The notes under the pieces were generated by a model that searched no databases, was not told the origin of the DNA, and worked only from the letters and a program-made list of their open reading frames with translations. A stretch of 64,000 nt of DNA from the human T2T-CHM13v2.0 reference genome, Homo sapiens: NCBI RefSeq assembly GCF_009914755.1, contig NC_060940.1, one strand, 5' to 3'. This document shows positions 32,840 through 49,773 of this stretch, in pieces. Positions within the stretch are counted from its first letter, which is position 1; every line of letters begins with the position of its first letter. Made by a program: the position numbers and the translations under genes.

Positions 32840-33384
32840 AGAACATGCGTTCTTTCACTGTTGAATACCAAGTTCCTCATATTTCTACTCAATCAAACTC
32901 ATTAATGGTGTGGTTCAAATTTTCTGTGTCATTATCCTTTTCTTTCGGCCTGTTGATGTATATTTGTTTCTGAGAGACTTGGTTAAGTTGTCGCTGTAAC
33001 TGTGGATTGATCTGTCTCTTTCTGTAATTCTGCCAAGGTTCACGTCATTTACTTTTAGTTACATTGTTAGACGTGTAAGAGTTCAGAATTTCAATATCTC
33101 ACTGCAATAGTTTTATATTTAACCCTAATGAAATAAATAAATATCAAGATAAGAAACAGGCGATCTATATTAATGCTATGAGAAAATCTTTAATATATAG
33201 TAAGTTAATAATATAAGGCACAGAGGAATAAAATCACACACAAATTTTTAAAAGCCTCACATGTATTCATGTATTATGGATAAAATGTCCCCCAAGATTC
33301 AAAGAAAACTGTTAACTCTGGTTAAATCCAGGAAACAGAAGCAGAGAGGGAGGGAGTCTTACACTTGGTTTAAAACCCTTTATA

Positions 33385-33464
33385 TTAGGTTGGTGCAAAA
33401 GTAATTGCAGTTTTTGCCACTGAAAGTAATGACAAAAATTGCAATTACTTTTGCACCAACCTAA
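33385..33464. mobile_element. MADE1 MITE (Hsmar1-derived), full length 80 bp
   Basis: TTAGGTTGGTGCAAAAGTAATTGC...GCAATTACTTTTGCACCAACCTAA; outer 25 bp perfectly inverted; TA at the 5' flank. Confidence 0.95.
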
Positions 33465-33467
33465 ATA

Positions 33468-33571
33468 CTTTCTTTCTTTCCCTGCCTCTCTCCCTTCCTT
33501 CCTTCCTTCCTTCCTTTCCTTTCTCCCTTCCTTTCCTTCCTCCCTTCCTTCTTTCCTTCCTCCCTTTTCCC
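33468..33571. repeat. (TTCC)n/CT-rich polypyrimidine tract
   Basis: Read directly. Confidence 0.9.
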
Positions 33572-34900
33572 AAGCTTATGTATAATTTTCACCGAAAAAA
33601 AAAAAAAAAAAACTCAAAGATTTTGACTCCATGGTTCTGGGGCTTAAAGAAGATTGAGGAAGCCAGCCAGGTGGCTGGAATGAATGTTTGGACTGGCAGC
33701 CCCAGGGCCAGCCTGGATCAACTCAGACCAGCCATGAGGCCAATGTGGACTGCAGACAAACCCTAGCACCCCTGGAAGAGAGGACTCTTGGTCCCTGGAG
33801 CAGGCACGACCTGCTTCCACAGGAGGATGAGCAGACTGGGCTTCAGACCCCAACTCCTGCTGCAGGGGTCAGCCAGCCTTTCCCGAGCCCATTCCACTGG
33901 TGTCCAGAGGTGAGAGGTGGCTGCACGGCCTGAAGCCTAGTGGAGGGAGCCTTAGGGAGAAGCAGGTTCTGCCTGCACCAGAAACCAGGAGGCCTCTCTC
34001 TCAGGGGTGCTGGGGGTTCATTCACCTACCGTCTGCATCGAAGGTGCCATTGATTGACATTGCTTCTTTAGCCGAACCCGGACTGCAGGCATCTGTGCTG
34101 ACTTACATGATCCTCTCTAAGACTCCAGTGTCTGGTTCTTTTCCCATGCCAGTTTAGGAAAGACAAGTCCTTTGTAGCTTTGAACACAACAAACTCTCTC
34201 AAAGCGACCCTTGTGGTCCAAGGCTGATTCATTACCACTTTCCTCACTGGATTTTCTCAAAGACCTCAAAGCCGCCCCTCTCACTTCTTCTTCTTTCTGT
34301 TCACACTGACTTGGGGATTTTGGGATATTCAATCACTGACAATACTTCTTAGCACTTCCTACAGGCCAGGCACTGTTCTCAGAGCTGTGTGTGCACCGAC
34401 TTGCTTCCTCTGGACACCCAGTGGAGGAGTGGGGATTTGAACTTGGTGGTCTGGCTCAAGGTGCTGTCTACAGTGTCCTGGTCACAAACTAAGGTCGTTG
34501 CTCTCAGGATGACTTCTCCTGGCTGCCCTGAGACACAGGATGAGGACTTTATAATACACTGGGGTGCAGAGCATCTCCTGTTCTTGATTTTCAAAGTCAT
34601 TAAGCATGGCCCCTCACATGCTAACTGAGGCAGGTATGGAAAAATGTCCGAATCCCTAATGACCATAAACAGAAAAGTTAAGAAGGGGCAGTTCAAAAGA
34701 AAGGCTGACTTGGGAAGGAAACCTTGTCTAGGAAGCAACCAACAAGGAAGAGCTGGGAATTACACACAGTAATGTGATGTGTGTTTCCAAACAAAGAGGG
34801 ATGCTGCTTTTGGGGAAACCACCAATATCCCCCAGTAATCTGTTAAAAAAAAAACGCAGCTCATCTTCCCTAAATTTCCTTCAGCAAAAATGAGCCTCTT

Positions 34901-35197
<297 letters not shown>

Positions 35198-35319
35198 TTA
35201 TTTATTGTTGGAAAACAAAAAGATGAGCCTCTTTCTTGTGTAGCTTTTCCAACACTTTCTATACCTCTTGCATGGAGTCACAGGTGCTGAGGTGGAGTGA
35301 GTGTGCCCTGGGGTTGGTC

Positions 35320-35470
35320 TCTTGCCCCTTACAAGCTGCATGGCCTTAGGTAAGTCCCTTGGTTCCTCTGAGTCTTGGTTTCATCGTGTATGAAATGGGG
35401 ATGATAATTCCCATACCTCAGGAATGGCTGTAAGAATTCCTACTAAGATAATGATGTCTAGAGTCTGGTA
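35320..35470 (+). mobile_element. MIR
   Basis: CCTTAGGTAAGTCCCTT..CTCTGAGTCTTGGTTTC..TGAAATGGGGATGATAAT. Confidence 0.7.
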
Positions 35471-35833
35471 CAAACAAGAATGCAAAGCTGTCAGCTGTCT
35501 GCTTTCCACATCCCATCCCCCTAAATGTAATAAATTCTTCCATTTTTATCAGCGACCCACTGTGTGTGCATAACAACCAGTAAATCGTTTCAGAAGGAAT
35601 GAAAATCTTCCCCAGGGACAGAAATAGTTTTTAGTTAAGAATTTGGAAATAAAAGAGTAAATCCTAGATTACAAAAACCCAAGTTGAATGCCAACATTTG
35701 CATGATCTTTAACAAGCTCTCATTTGCATGTAACAGAATCTCTGTAGGGTTACGTACTATATTAACAACAACTTAGTATTAACAAAGATCATAGCACAAC
35801 TTAGCAGAGCTTCCTGAAAAATAGTCCCATTGT

Positions 35834-36121
<288 letters not shown>

Positions 36122-36694
36122 TGTCCCATTATATATGAGAACCCAAAGCCCAAAGCCAACCTCACCAGCATCATGAACAGAAAAAACAGAAACCTGCCCA
36201 AGGACACAGAGCTTCAATGAGTTTCCTGTCTCACGCAGGGTTCTATGTTCACAAAAAGAATGTATATAAAGGACAGGAAGAAAGGCAGGGAAACAAGGGG
36301 AAAGACTCTGAAAAATGGCAAGACATGACTCAGAAGAGGGGCAGAGAAGGATTGTTCTGGGGTCTCCAAGGTGGATAAGAGGTATCTGCTGAGAAGTGGG
36401 TGCCAAGAGTACAGGGACCCCAATGTCAGCACACACCTGACCCCCACGGAGAGGAGCCCTGGGTGGGAATGGCGAGAGCAGTGTAGAAAGCTGCAAAGCG
36501 TTTAAAACACTTAAAAAAATTTTAATGCAATTGGTCAAAATAAAACTAGGAGGTAAAAAGCATGATAACGATAATTACAAAATTCTTATTTGTATCAGTG
36601 GTACTGTGAGAGGTATGATTTATTTTTGTCCATATTCATTAAGGCAGACATTAGTATCTTGGTTGTTTTCCAAATAGCCTTAAAATACATTGTC

Positions 36695-37260
36695 TAATAA
36701 AATCTCTTTGTGAGTTAGGAAGAGAAATAAACATCCTTAACTGGATAAAGGACATCTGTAAACAAGTATAGCTATGATCATAGGTAATGGTGAAAGACTG
36801 ACTGCCTTCCTCCAAGATCAGGAACAAGACAAGGAAGTCTGCTCTCACACTCTCACTGAACATCATACTAGAAATCCTAGCCAGTGCAATAGGCAGGCAG
36901 GCAGGCAGTCAGGGAAGGAAGGGAAGGAAGGGAAAGACGGGGGGAAGGAAGGGAAGGAAGGGAAGGAAGGGAAGGAAGGGAGGAAGGAAAGAAGGGAAGG
37001 AAGGCAAGGAAGGAAGGAAGGGAAGAGAAGAGAAGGAAGGAAGGGAAGGAAGGGAGGGAAGGAAAGGAAAGGGCATACAGATTAGAAAGAAAGAAATCAG
37101 TCAATTCTCAGAAGACTGTCTCCACAGAAAATCCCAAATAATCTACAAAAAACAAAAGAACAAAACATCAAAGACTCTTAGCACTAATAAGAGAAATTAG
37201 CTTGGATGCAAAGTAAATATATAAAAATCAACAGTATTTCTACATCCTAACATAATATAA
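36695..37260 (+). mobile_element. Old L1M ORF2 (RT region) fragment containing a GA-rich expansion
   Basis: ATCAGGAACAAGACAAGG...CTAGCCAGTGCAATAGGCA and AAAGGGCATACAGATT correspond to GTRQG..LARAIRQ..KGIQI. Confidence 0.8.
36911..37073. repeat. GA-rich repeat (GGGAAGGAA/GGAA units)
   Basis: About 160 bp almost purely purine. Confidence 0.92.
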
Positions 37261-37489
37261 AAATTAGAGGTTTAACAAGAAGGATTTAAGAGATATTTGG
37301 GAGGTAGAACTGACAGGAATCCTCATTGTACTGGTTACAGGAAGGACTCAAAATTAATTCCCAGACATCTGAGCAACTGGGAGGCTGGTCATGTTGTTTA
37401 CTGTCAGGGAAAAGACTAGGAGAGAAATAGGTTACAGGTAGAAATCAAAAGGTCATTTTGAATATAAAATTTGATGTATTGTTACAGGC

Positions 37490-38550
37490 CAAAAAAAAAA
37501 AAAGGAGGGGGGGAACAGACAAATTGGACCTCATGAAAATGCAAAACGTTTGTGCATCAAAAGACACTATCAACAGAGAAAAAAGTGCAAACCACAGAAT
37601 GGGAGAAAATATTCTCAAATTAAATATCTGATAGGGAATGAATATCAGAGTATATGGAGAACTCCTAAAACTCAACAACCACTAAAACAACCTAACTCAA
37701 AAGTTGGCAAAGGATTGAACAGACATTTCTCCAAAGAGGATATATAAATGGCCAATAAGGACATTAAAAAGGTGCCCAACACGACTACTTATTAAAGAAA
37801 TGCAAATCAAAACCACAATGAGACGCCACTTCATACCCATGAGGATAGCTACTATCAAAGAGACAGAAAATAACAGGTATTGGTGAGGATGTGGAGAAAA
37901 TGGAAACCTGGTGCATTGTTGATGGGAATGAAAAATGGTGTAGCCACTGTGGAAAACAATATGGTGGCTCCCCCAAAAATTAAACGTAGGATTACCAGAT
38001 AATCCAACAATTCTATATCTGAGTCCCCAAAATAACTGAAAGCAGGGTCTCAAAGAGATGTTTGTACACCTATGCTCACAGTAGCATTATTCACAATAGC
38101 TTAAACATGGAAGCAACCCAAATATCCACTGACAGATGAATGGATAAGCGAACTGTGGTATATCCATACAACGAAATATTATTCAACCATAATAAAGAAG
38201 GGAATTCTGACACATGCTACAACATGGATGAACCTTTAGGATATATGCTAAGTGAAATAAGTCATGCAGAAAAAACAAATACTGTTTGATGTCACTTATA
38301 TGAGGCACTTAGAGTGGTCAAATTCAGAGGCAGAAAGTAGAATGGTGGTTGCCAGGACTTTCAGGAGGGAAGGATGGTGAGTTATTGTTTAATGGGCACA
38401 GAGTTTCCATTTTGCAAGATAAAAAGAGCCATGGAGACAGATGGTGACGATGGTTGCACAACAAATAGGAATATACTTCATGCCACTGAACGGTACACTT
38501 AAAATGGTTAAGGTGGTACATGTAACGTTACGTATATTCTGCCATGCTAA
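37490..38550 (+). mobile_element. L1MB/MA 3' portion
   Basis: AGACATTTCTCCAAAGAGGAT, GAAATGCAAATCAAAACCACAATGAG, 3' ACTTAAAATGGTTAA and A-rich end. Confidence 0.88.
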
Positions 38551-40397
38551 AAGAAAAGAGAAGAAACCACCAAAGTTATCAATATACTCATGATCCCTCC
38601 AGGTTGGGCTGTTGAGAGGGCAGCTGGGTCTAGGAGTCTGGAGTTCAGTGGAGGGTGGGGCTGGAAGCAGACACATTCACCATCATTCTAATAGGAGCCC
38701 CCATGATGGTGCCCTTGGGGTTGGCTTTTCAAGGGGATCCATAAGTGGGCTCCAGATTCAGAGGACCTGAGGTTGCTCTTTATTAGGGGTGTCCTCTGGG
38801 GATGTTGCCCTCTGAGCCTGTCTTCTAGACCCTAAAATGAAAATATTATCACCTCCTTTATGGAAATTCTGTGAGATAAATGAGATCATGTATTTAAAGT
38901 GTCCAGTATGTAGTATGTGCATACCTTCCTTTCCCCTCTTTCTAACAGCCCCCTACCCAGGGAAGAGACAGGGGAGGAGGGAGGCAGGTCTCAGGTGTTC
39001 AGAGATCTCCCTCCCATTTTCCTCATTCTCAGGGAGCTTAGCCCCCAGTGCCGCTGCTACTGTCCCTGAGAAATGCAGGAAAGAACACACATGTCTGCAT
39101 GTTGACATCCCAGCCCAGAGCTCACGTTTACCTGACAACTCGTTTACTGTGGTGCCTGGAGGCCACACCTGTCCTGCAGACAGATGGATACATGGATGAG
39201 ACAGTGCTTAGGCCCTTGCACAGAAAGGGAAGCATGCCAAGGACAAGAATTTCCAGAGACAGCCCTAAGAGGTCCCTGGAAACAGAGTCGATGGGGCTCC
39301 GTCCCTACCTGCAGGTTGGAAACGGAATAGTCAAGCCAGGGCATCAACTATATGGTTAAGATCATAGCTCAGTAATTAAAACTCCTTTCAGGGGGCAAGT
39401 AGAACTCCTTTCAGGGGGGAATTGGAAATATCCATTTAAACTTTAATAACTTCATGATATTGAGTGAGCCAGCAGTTCCATTTATCAGCCTTTATCCTAC
39501 AGACACATACACAAGTGTGCAAAACATAACTATTCCTTGTAGCAACAATTGAGAAGATATAAACATTTAAATTGGCTTAAATGTTTATTAATAAGGAATA
39601 GATAATATGTATAGAGTAATAAACAGGCATCACAAAGAATGAAGGAGATCCGAATTTAGTGGCCACGGATATATAGAAAAGGTGCACTGTTAAGGTTTGG
39701 GGAGCAAGGGTTGGCTGGCAGTGGGGGACAGTAAGTGAAAACAGGAAGTTATTAGAGCTAGTAGTACGACACAATTTTATTAAAAATAAATCTACGAGTT
39801 GGTATATTCAGAGATAAAAATATCTAGAAAAACATGGCAAAACTGTTAATAGTACCTGTCTGTGGGGAAGTGGAAGGACAGAAAACATTTCAGTTTCCTG
39901 AAAAACTTAATTTTTTATGAGCATAAGTTACTTTCATTATAGAAAAATAATCAAGACATTAAAAAATCACAGATGCACTAAAATTAGATCTTGTTAAGTA
40001 AACAAGTATACATTTAAATAAAATGGGAACAAATGTAAAACAAGTGACAAGGCCAATTGTGTAAGTACTGTTCTTTACTCTCAGAAAGAGAGAAAATGGG
40101 GAAAAGAGAGTACCAGAAAGGTATTTCGAAATAAGTTCTTAAAAAAAAAAATCGCAGTGGGTAAATTCAATTTAAAAAAATGTATAAAAAATTGTGCTCA
40201 GGACGAATTGTGTTCTTTCTGAATCTGAATAATTACATTTTCAAAAAGAGAGTTTTCTTCTAGAGCAGATGACTTTAAACGTCAACACCTAGTGAGTATC
40301 AGAGGCAGCACAATGTCTCTGCTACTATTTTGATATCTGAATGAAATAGCATCAAAGGAGAAGGTGGTTGTCCTGGTCTTTTAAATCTAGTTTCTTC

Positions 40398-40695
40398 TTT
40401 TATATTTTTTATTTTTTTTGAGATGGAGTCTCGCTCTGTCACGCAGGCTGGAGTGCAGTGGCGCAATCTCGGCTTGCTGCAATCTCTGCCTCCTGGGTTC
40501 ATGCGATTCTCCTGCCTCAACCTCCTGAGTAGCTGGGATTACAGGCATGTGCCACAACACCCGGCCAATTTTTGTACTTTTAGTAGAGACGGGGTTTCAT
40601 CATACTGGCCAGTCTTGAACTCCTGATCTCAGGTGATCTGCCTGCCTCAGCCTCTTAAAGTGCTAGAATTACAGGTGTGAGCCACCACACCTGGC
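40398..40695 (-). mobile_element. Alu
   Basis: Antisense dimer; TAAATCT(A/C)GTTTCTTC flanks. Confidence 0.92.
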
Positions 40696-40809
40696 TATAA
40701 ATCTCGTTTCTTCAATCTTACTAAAATATGATATGTGTTTCTCAATTTTTTTTTCATTATTGCTGCCCCCAGGAGACCCAAAATTAGACTTTTTCCTAAT
40801 CTCCCCTCC

Positions 40810-42862
<2,053 letters not shown>

Positions 42863-42882
42863 CCCAATGGGATGGTTTTAAG

Positions 42883-43004
42883 GAAGCTTGTCCAACCTGC
42901 AGCCCGTATGCAGCCCAGGATGGCTCTGAATGTATTTTATGTGTGGCCCAAGACAATTCTTCTTGTAAAGTGGCCCAGGGAAGCCAAAAGACTGGACACC
43001 CCTG
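42883..43004 (-). mobile_element. MER30 hAT MITE, internally deleted
   Basis: AGCTTGTCCAACC...GGCCCAGGGAAGCCAAAAGACTGGACACCCCTG; near-TSD GTTTTAAG/GTTTAGAG. Confidence 0.8.
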
Positions 43005-43789
43005 GTTTAGAGGGAAGAGAGTAGAGGGAGAAGGGTTGGCAAGGTAGTGATTTTATGGTTTTTAGCCAAGAAGTAACATGGACTGAACAGAACTATGATA
43101 CCGGGCACAGAAAAGAAGACAACCATCTACATATGTGTAAGCTTTATTCTGCTTAAATGAAAAACCATGAAAGAGAAAAATATGTAATTGTGAATGTCAC
43201 TGGACATGTTACTTCTGGTCAAGGTCTTCCATAAATTATTTTTCCTCCAAAGTGATCACCTCTCCTGTATTTACCTTCTTTAGCGCTAACGCTGGTGCTG
43301 CTATAAGGTATGTACACACTTAATCATAGAATATTCCATTTAACAAATTGCTTCTGGGCACTTGGTACACATGAGGCATTGCTCAAGGCTAATGATGCAC
43401 AATGTGATATCCAGGGACGAAGAAGTTCCAGGACAATTACATGCAGATTCACTACTGCCAAGTCCCTTCGCTGGAAGGAAAGAGCACAATTCATTTCTGT
43501 TTAGAGATTCTGGGGTGTCAGATCCACGAACAAGTCTTATTTAGAATGACTGCCTTTTTTTACTTTAAGATTCCATGCTACAGTCTGAACTCAGGTGTTT
43601 GTGGCTACGCCCCTAAAACTTCAGTCCTATTTGGGATTTTAAATACGCAACCTAATGAAAAGTCAATTAAGAGTTTTACAGTTAAACTCCATATATAGAT
43701 ACTGCTCTTTCAAAGCCAGAGGCAGAATCTGAGCAGGCTTAGTCATTACAGGGCTAGAAACATAAAAATTATTTGTCTTCAGGTAGGCA

Positions 43790-44070
43790 TTTATTCAATG
43801 CACCCCTGCTACCCACTGTGTGCTAGGTAACAGCATGACTGAGACAGTGTCTTTGTTCTCAACGGCCCAAGTTCTAGGGAGGGGCCCAGACATGGGAACA
43901 GGCAATGACCTTGTGGTGTTGCATGAGTTATGAAGTTACGACACGGAAGCACTGGGTGCCGTGGAAGCTCAGGGTGGGGGTAACTAAGCCAGTTGGGAGG
44001 CACCCCAGAGCTTTCCCAGAAGAAGCAACATTCCCACCAAACATCACAGGGCTTAGGTGGAACTAGGGCC
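43790..44070 (-). mobile_element. L2 fragment
   Basis: CATTTATTCAATGCACC..TGTGCTAGG..GTTCTAGGGAGGG. Confidence 0.5.
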
Positions 44071-44282
44071 TGCTGAACAGGGGGAAAGAAGGTGGGGAGG
44101 GGGCTTTCCTAACCAAAGGGAATAGTAGGGTGAGGGTGGAGAGGTTTAAAAAAAAGACCAGGGAGCCTTTTGGAAAGTGGGGCAGTAAAGAGTAAACAAA
44201 TCAGAGTAATAAAAAGAACTTGGGTTTCTGAAGCACCAACTATGTACCAGGCTAAGTACTCTACACAGATTATCTCATCTGA

Positions 44283-44600
<318 letters not shown>

Positions 44601-44687
44601 GGATCATTTTTTAGTGTAACTATATTCCAGGCAATACTTGTGTTGAAATAGAGACAGACAGACACACACACACATAATAATAATTAT

Positions 44688-44975
44688 TATTTTTGAGACA
44701 GAGTCTCGCTCTGTTGCACAGGCGGGAGTACAGAGGCACAAATCTTGGCTCCCTACAACCTCCACCTCCTGGGTTCAAGTGATTCTCTTGCCTCAGCCTC
44801 CCAAGTAGCTGGGATTACAGGAGCCTGTCACCATGCCCAGCTAATTTTTGTACTTTTAGTAGAGGCAGGGTTTCACCATGTTGGCCAGGCTAGTCTCGAA
44901 CTCCTGACCTCAAGTGATCTGCTCACCTCCGCCTCTCAAAGTGCTGTGATTACAGGCGTGAGCCACTGCACCCGA
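44688..44975 (-). mobile_element. Alu
   Basis: Antisense dimer. Confidence 0.92.
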
Positions 44976-45279
44976 CTTGTTCCTATATTTTTCTTATCAA
45001 ATTTACCCTTCGTAAACTCAAGTCCCATCTGGGTTAACCCAGTCTGACTCCAGAGCTGGTGTTTTCAGCTAAGAATGGGAAAGACTACACTGTCTCCTGG
45101 TCAGCACCACCAGTAGATACAGCAAGAACTCTGTCAGGGGAAGAGAAGAGAGCTACAGTTAGCTCCATGAATTTCAATGTTGAGATACAAGATTATGACT
45201 TCAGGTCCAATCCCTTAAGCAGTGAGTCAGCTTGGCCACGTTTTTCTTGATGTGATATCTATCACACTGGCAACAATCA

Positions 45280-45657
<378 letters not shown>

Positions 45658-45697
45658 TTATATGGCTGGCTGGGATGTAAATGGTTTCTTTTATTCA

Positions 45698-46520
<823 letters not shown>

Positions 46521-46688
46521 AAATATGCCTAGAAATGTCTCTTGGAAAGATACCCAAGAAACTGGATGTGGTCTCCAGGAGCGAAGACGGAAAGATTGAC
46601 TTACCATGTCCTTATATACCTTACCTATATATAGGATTTGATTTTTCCCTCCATACGCACAAATGACCTTAAAAATTAAACACCTTTA

Positions 46689-47018
<330 letters not shown>

Positions 47019-47041
47019 TTATATGTCCATTACACTATGTG

Positions 47042-47068
47042 CACACACACACACACATACACACACAC
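47042..47068. repeat. (CA)n microsatellite
   Basis: Read directly. Confidence 0.85.
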
Positions 47069-47356
47069 CTATCTGTTTTTATCAGGCCATTATTAAAACT
47101 GAACAAAACTGGATGACTTCATATAGTTCTGGACAGGCCTAGACAGGAGAGCACAGATGCCTTCACACCGATCCTGTCTTCCCGAGAGAGATACGCTCTT
47201 GGTTTGGTGAGTGTGTGGCAATGGTTTTCTCCCCAGGAGATGGCACCCCAGATAAATCAATCAGAGCAGTGTGGGACCAGGCCTTTTTCAGCCTTGGAGA
47301 AAGAAGCCTTTGCCCTAAAAATACAAAAGTGTCAGCTTCTCTTCTGTGTTCTTTGT

Positions 47357-47407
47357 AGCTGTACCTGAAACCAAGCACCTGTTTGTGACTTGGCTTCAGT
47401 TACTAGC
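47357..47407 (+). ncRNA. MIR4718: MIR4718 precursor hairpin (mature AGCUGUACCUGAAACCAAGCA at 47357..47377)
   Basis: AGCTGTACCTGAAACCAAGCACCTGTTTGTGACTTGGCTTCAGTTACTAGC matches my recall of hsa-mir-4718; folds GCU/AGC, GUA/UAC, CUGAA/UUCAG, CCAAG/CUUGG, CAC/GUG around a 6-nt loop. Confidence 0.85.
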
Positions 47408-47519
47408 AAGCTTTTCCTAAAGAGGTGTTCAAATCCCGCACACCAAAGGATTTGTGCTTCAGTGAAGGAAACTTCTTGTTTTCTGTACCTTTACCTTTGA
47501 TATTAACAAAGTGTTTTAT

Positions 47520-47812
47520 TATTTTATTTATTATTTATTTTGAGACTGAGTCTTGCTCTATTGCCCAGGCTGGAGTGCACTGGCGCAATCTTGGCTCACT
47601 GAAACCTCTGCCTCCTGGATTCAAGCGATTCTCCTGACTCAGCCTCCTGAGTATCTGGTACTACAGGTGTGCACCACCACACTTGGCTAATTTTTGTATT
47701 TTTAGTGGAGACAGGGTTTCACCATGTTGGCCAGGCTGGTTGACCTCAGGTGATCTGCCCGTCTTGGCCTTCAAAAGTGCTGGGATTACAGGCGTGCGCC
47801 ATCGTGCCCAGC
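47520..47812 (-). mobile_element. Alu
   Basis: Antisense dimer. Confidence 0.9.
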
Positions 47813-48506
47813 CCAAACTGTTTTATTTTATACAAATTCTGTGCAAAGCTTAGTTTACAGCTCAACACAAATAAACAAAATTATATGTTATTAGGATAAA
47901 AATCCCATGCCCAATTCATTTATCCCTCAGTTAAACTGTTTTGGCATGGGGGACTAAAAGTAAACAAGATTTGGAATGTCCCTAGGATGGCTATGAATGG
48001 CATGTTGCCATAGTATTTCAGAAGCCACTGGTAAAGCCCTAGATGGATAGGATGAGCTCTTGGCCACAAAGCTTTTCTTAGGATTTTAATATACTACAAT
48101 TTATCGTTTACTGGGAACCCAGGTGGAGTGACTTCATTTCCAAGAACATAGGTGTCCACGTTACCACGATTATTTTTTTCAGATTAAGGCTCTATCTTCT
48201 GAAGGGAAAATGACCACTATGCTTCACTGAAAGTCCATCTCAATCAGAAAGACAGGCAGATACCACGGAAACTTAGTACTTACCTGCCAAGCCCAAGACA
48301 TCAAGATGATACACATTTTGTGTTTCTCTCTGAGGGTAAAAGAAGAAGGAAACTGCTGCAAAGTACCAAGGAATATAACCCGGTTATAAAACAGACAGAA
48401 CGAGAAACAAATGGCAAACCCAAGTGTTGACCTTCCCATTCAACCAGACCACCCCTCTGCTTGCTGGAACTAGGAGTAGAGAAAAAATACAAAAAAAGGA
48501 GGCCGG

Positions 48507-48830
48507 GGCTGGGCAGGATGGCTTACGCCTGTAATGCCAGCACTTTGGGAGGCTGAGGCAGGCGCATCTCCTGAGGTCAGGAGTTCCAGACCAGCCTGAC
48601 CAACATGGTGAAACCTCGTCCCTACTAAAAATAAAAAAATTAGCCGGGCATGGTAGCGGGCACCTGTAGTCCCAGCTACTTGTGAGGCTGTGGCGGGAGA
48701 ATCCACTTGAACCTGGGAGACGAAGGTTGCAGTGAGCCAAGATCACACCACTGCACTCTAGCCTGGGTGACAGAGCAAGATTCCGTCTTAAAAAAAAAAA
48801 AAAGGCAAAATAAATAAATAAATAAATAAC
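48507..48830 (+). mobile_element. Alu
   Basis: Dimer with A/(TAAA)n tail. Confidence 0.9.
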
Positions 48831-49490
48831 AACCAGACCATCCCAGCCAGCAATATGCAGAGCTGCTAAGATTCTACTAGCAAATAATTTTTAAAAACCA
48901 ACCACCTCTGAGACCTTCAAAATATTTTCTCTCCGCTATGGAGGTTGTCTAAATAACAGATTCTGTGAATAGACTTCAACTGTGTTATGAATCCATTTAC
49001 TGTCTTAGTAAGAATGTTTTTTTTTCCCAGCAAGAACAAGCAAACCAATGTTCTCTGAGGCAAACAGACAAGAAAAGATGCTGCTTAGTTAAAGAAAATA
49101 AGACCTCGCTAATCCCTATTCCCTGAAGGCACGGCAACTCAAAGGAGAACTGATGATGATACACTCAGCCACTGCTGGAAAATTTTAAATTAAATAGCAG
49201 GACAACCTTAGTAAGCGGAGAAACAGTCAGGTGATGTAACAGGCCACTAATGGAGCCTTTTACTCATTCGGGGTGGCAGCGAGTGGACTTCCCAGCTCAA
49301 TATAAGCAGCAGCCAAAAGAACAACAAAATCAATATCGCCCTCAGGTAAGTAGATGCCGAGCAGTTAGTTGCAAACCAAATGATTTCTCCAGCTGAGGCA
49401 GGCTGCAGGGCAGCCAGACGAATGACAGTTTGCAATGAGGAAGAATTTCCTGCTGGAAAGACTGCTGCCATACTTTGTCAAATCCTTTCC

Positions 49491-49773
49491 CAGCTGGGCG
49501 CGGTGGCTCACGCCTGTAATCCCAGCACTTTGGGAGGCCAAGGAAAGCGGATCGCTGGAGCCCCAGAGTTCAGACCAGCCTGGGCAACACGGCGAGACCC
49601 TGTCTCTACAAAAATACAAAAATTAGTTAGGTGTGGTGGTGTGCACCTGTAGTCCCAGCGTGAGGCAGGAGGCTCACCTGAGCCTGGGGAGGTCAAGTCT
49701 GCAGTGAGCTGTCATTGCACCACTGGACTCCAACCTGGATGACAGAATGAAGCCCTGTCTCAAGAAAAAAAAA
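49491..49773 (+). mobile_element. Alu (J-like)
   Basis: Dimer; AAATCC(T/C)TTCCCA flanks. Confidence 0.9.

Noticed and set aside
36774-37104. GKE-rich and SLP-rich ORFs
   Set aside because: Translations of the GA-rich simple repeat.
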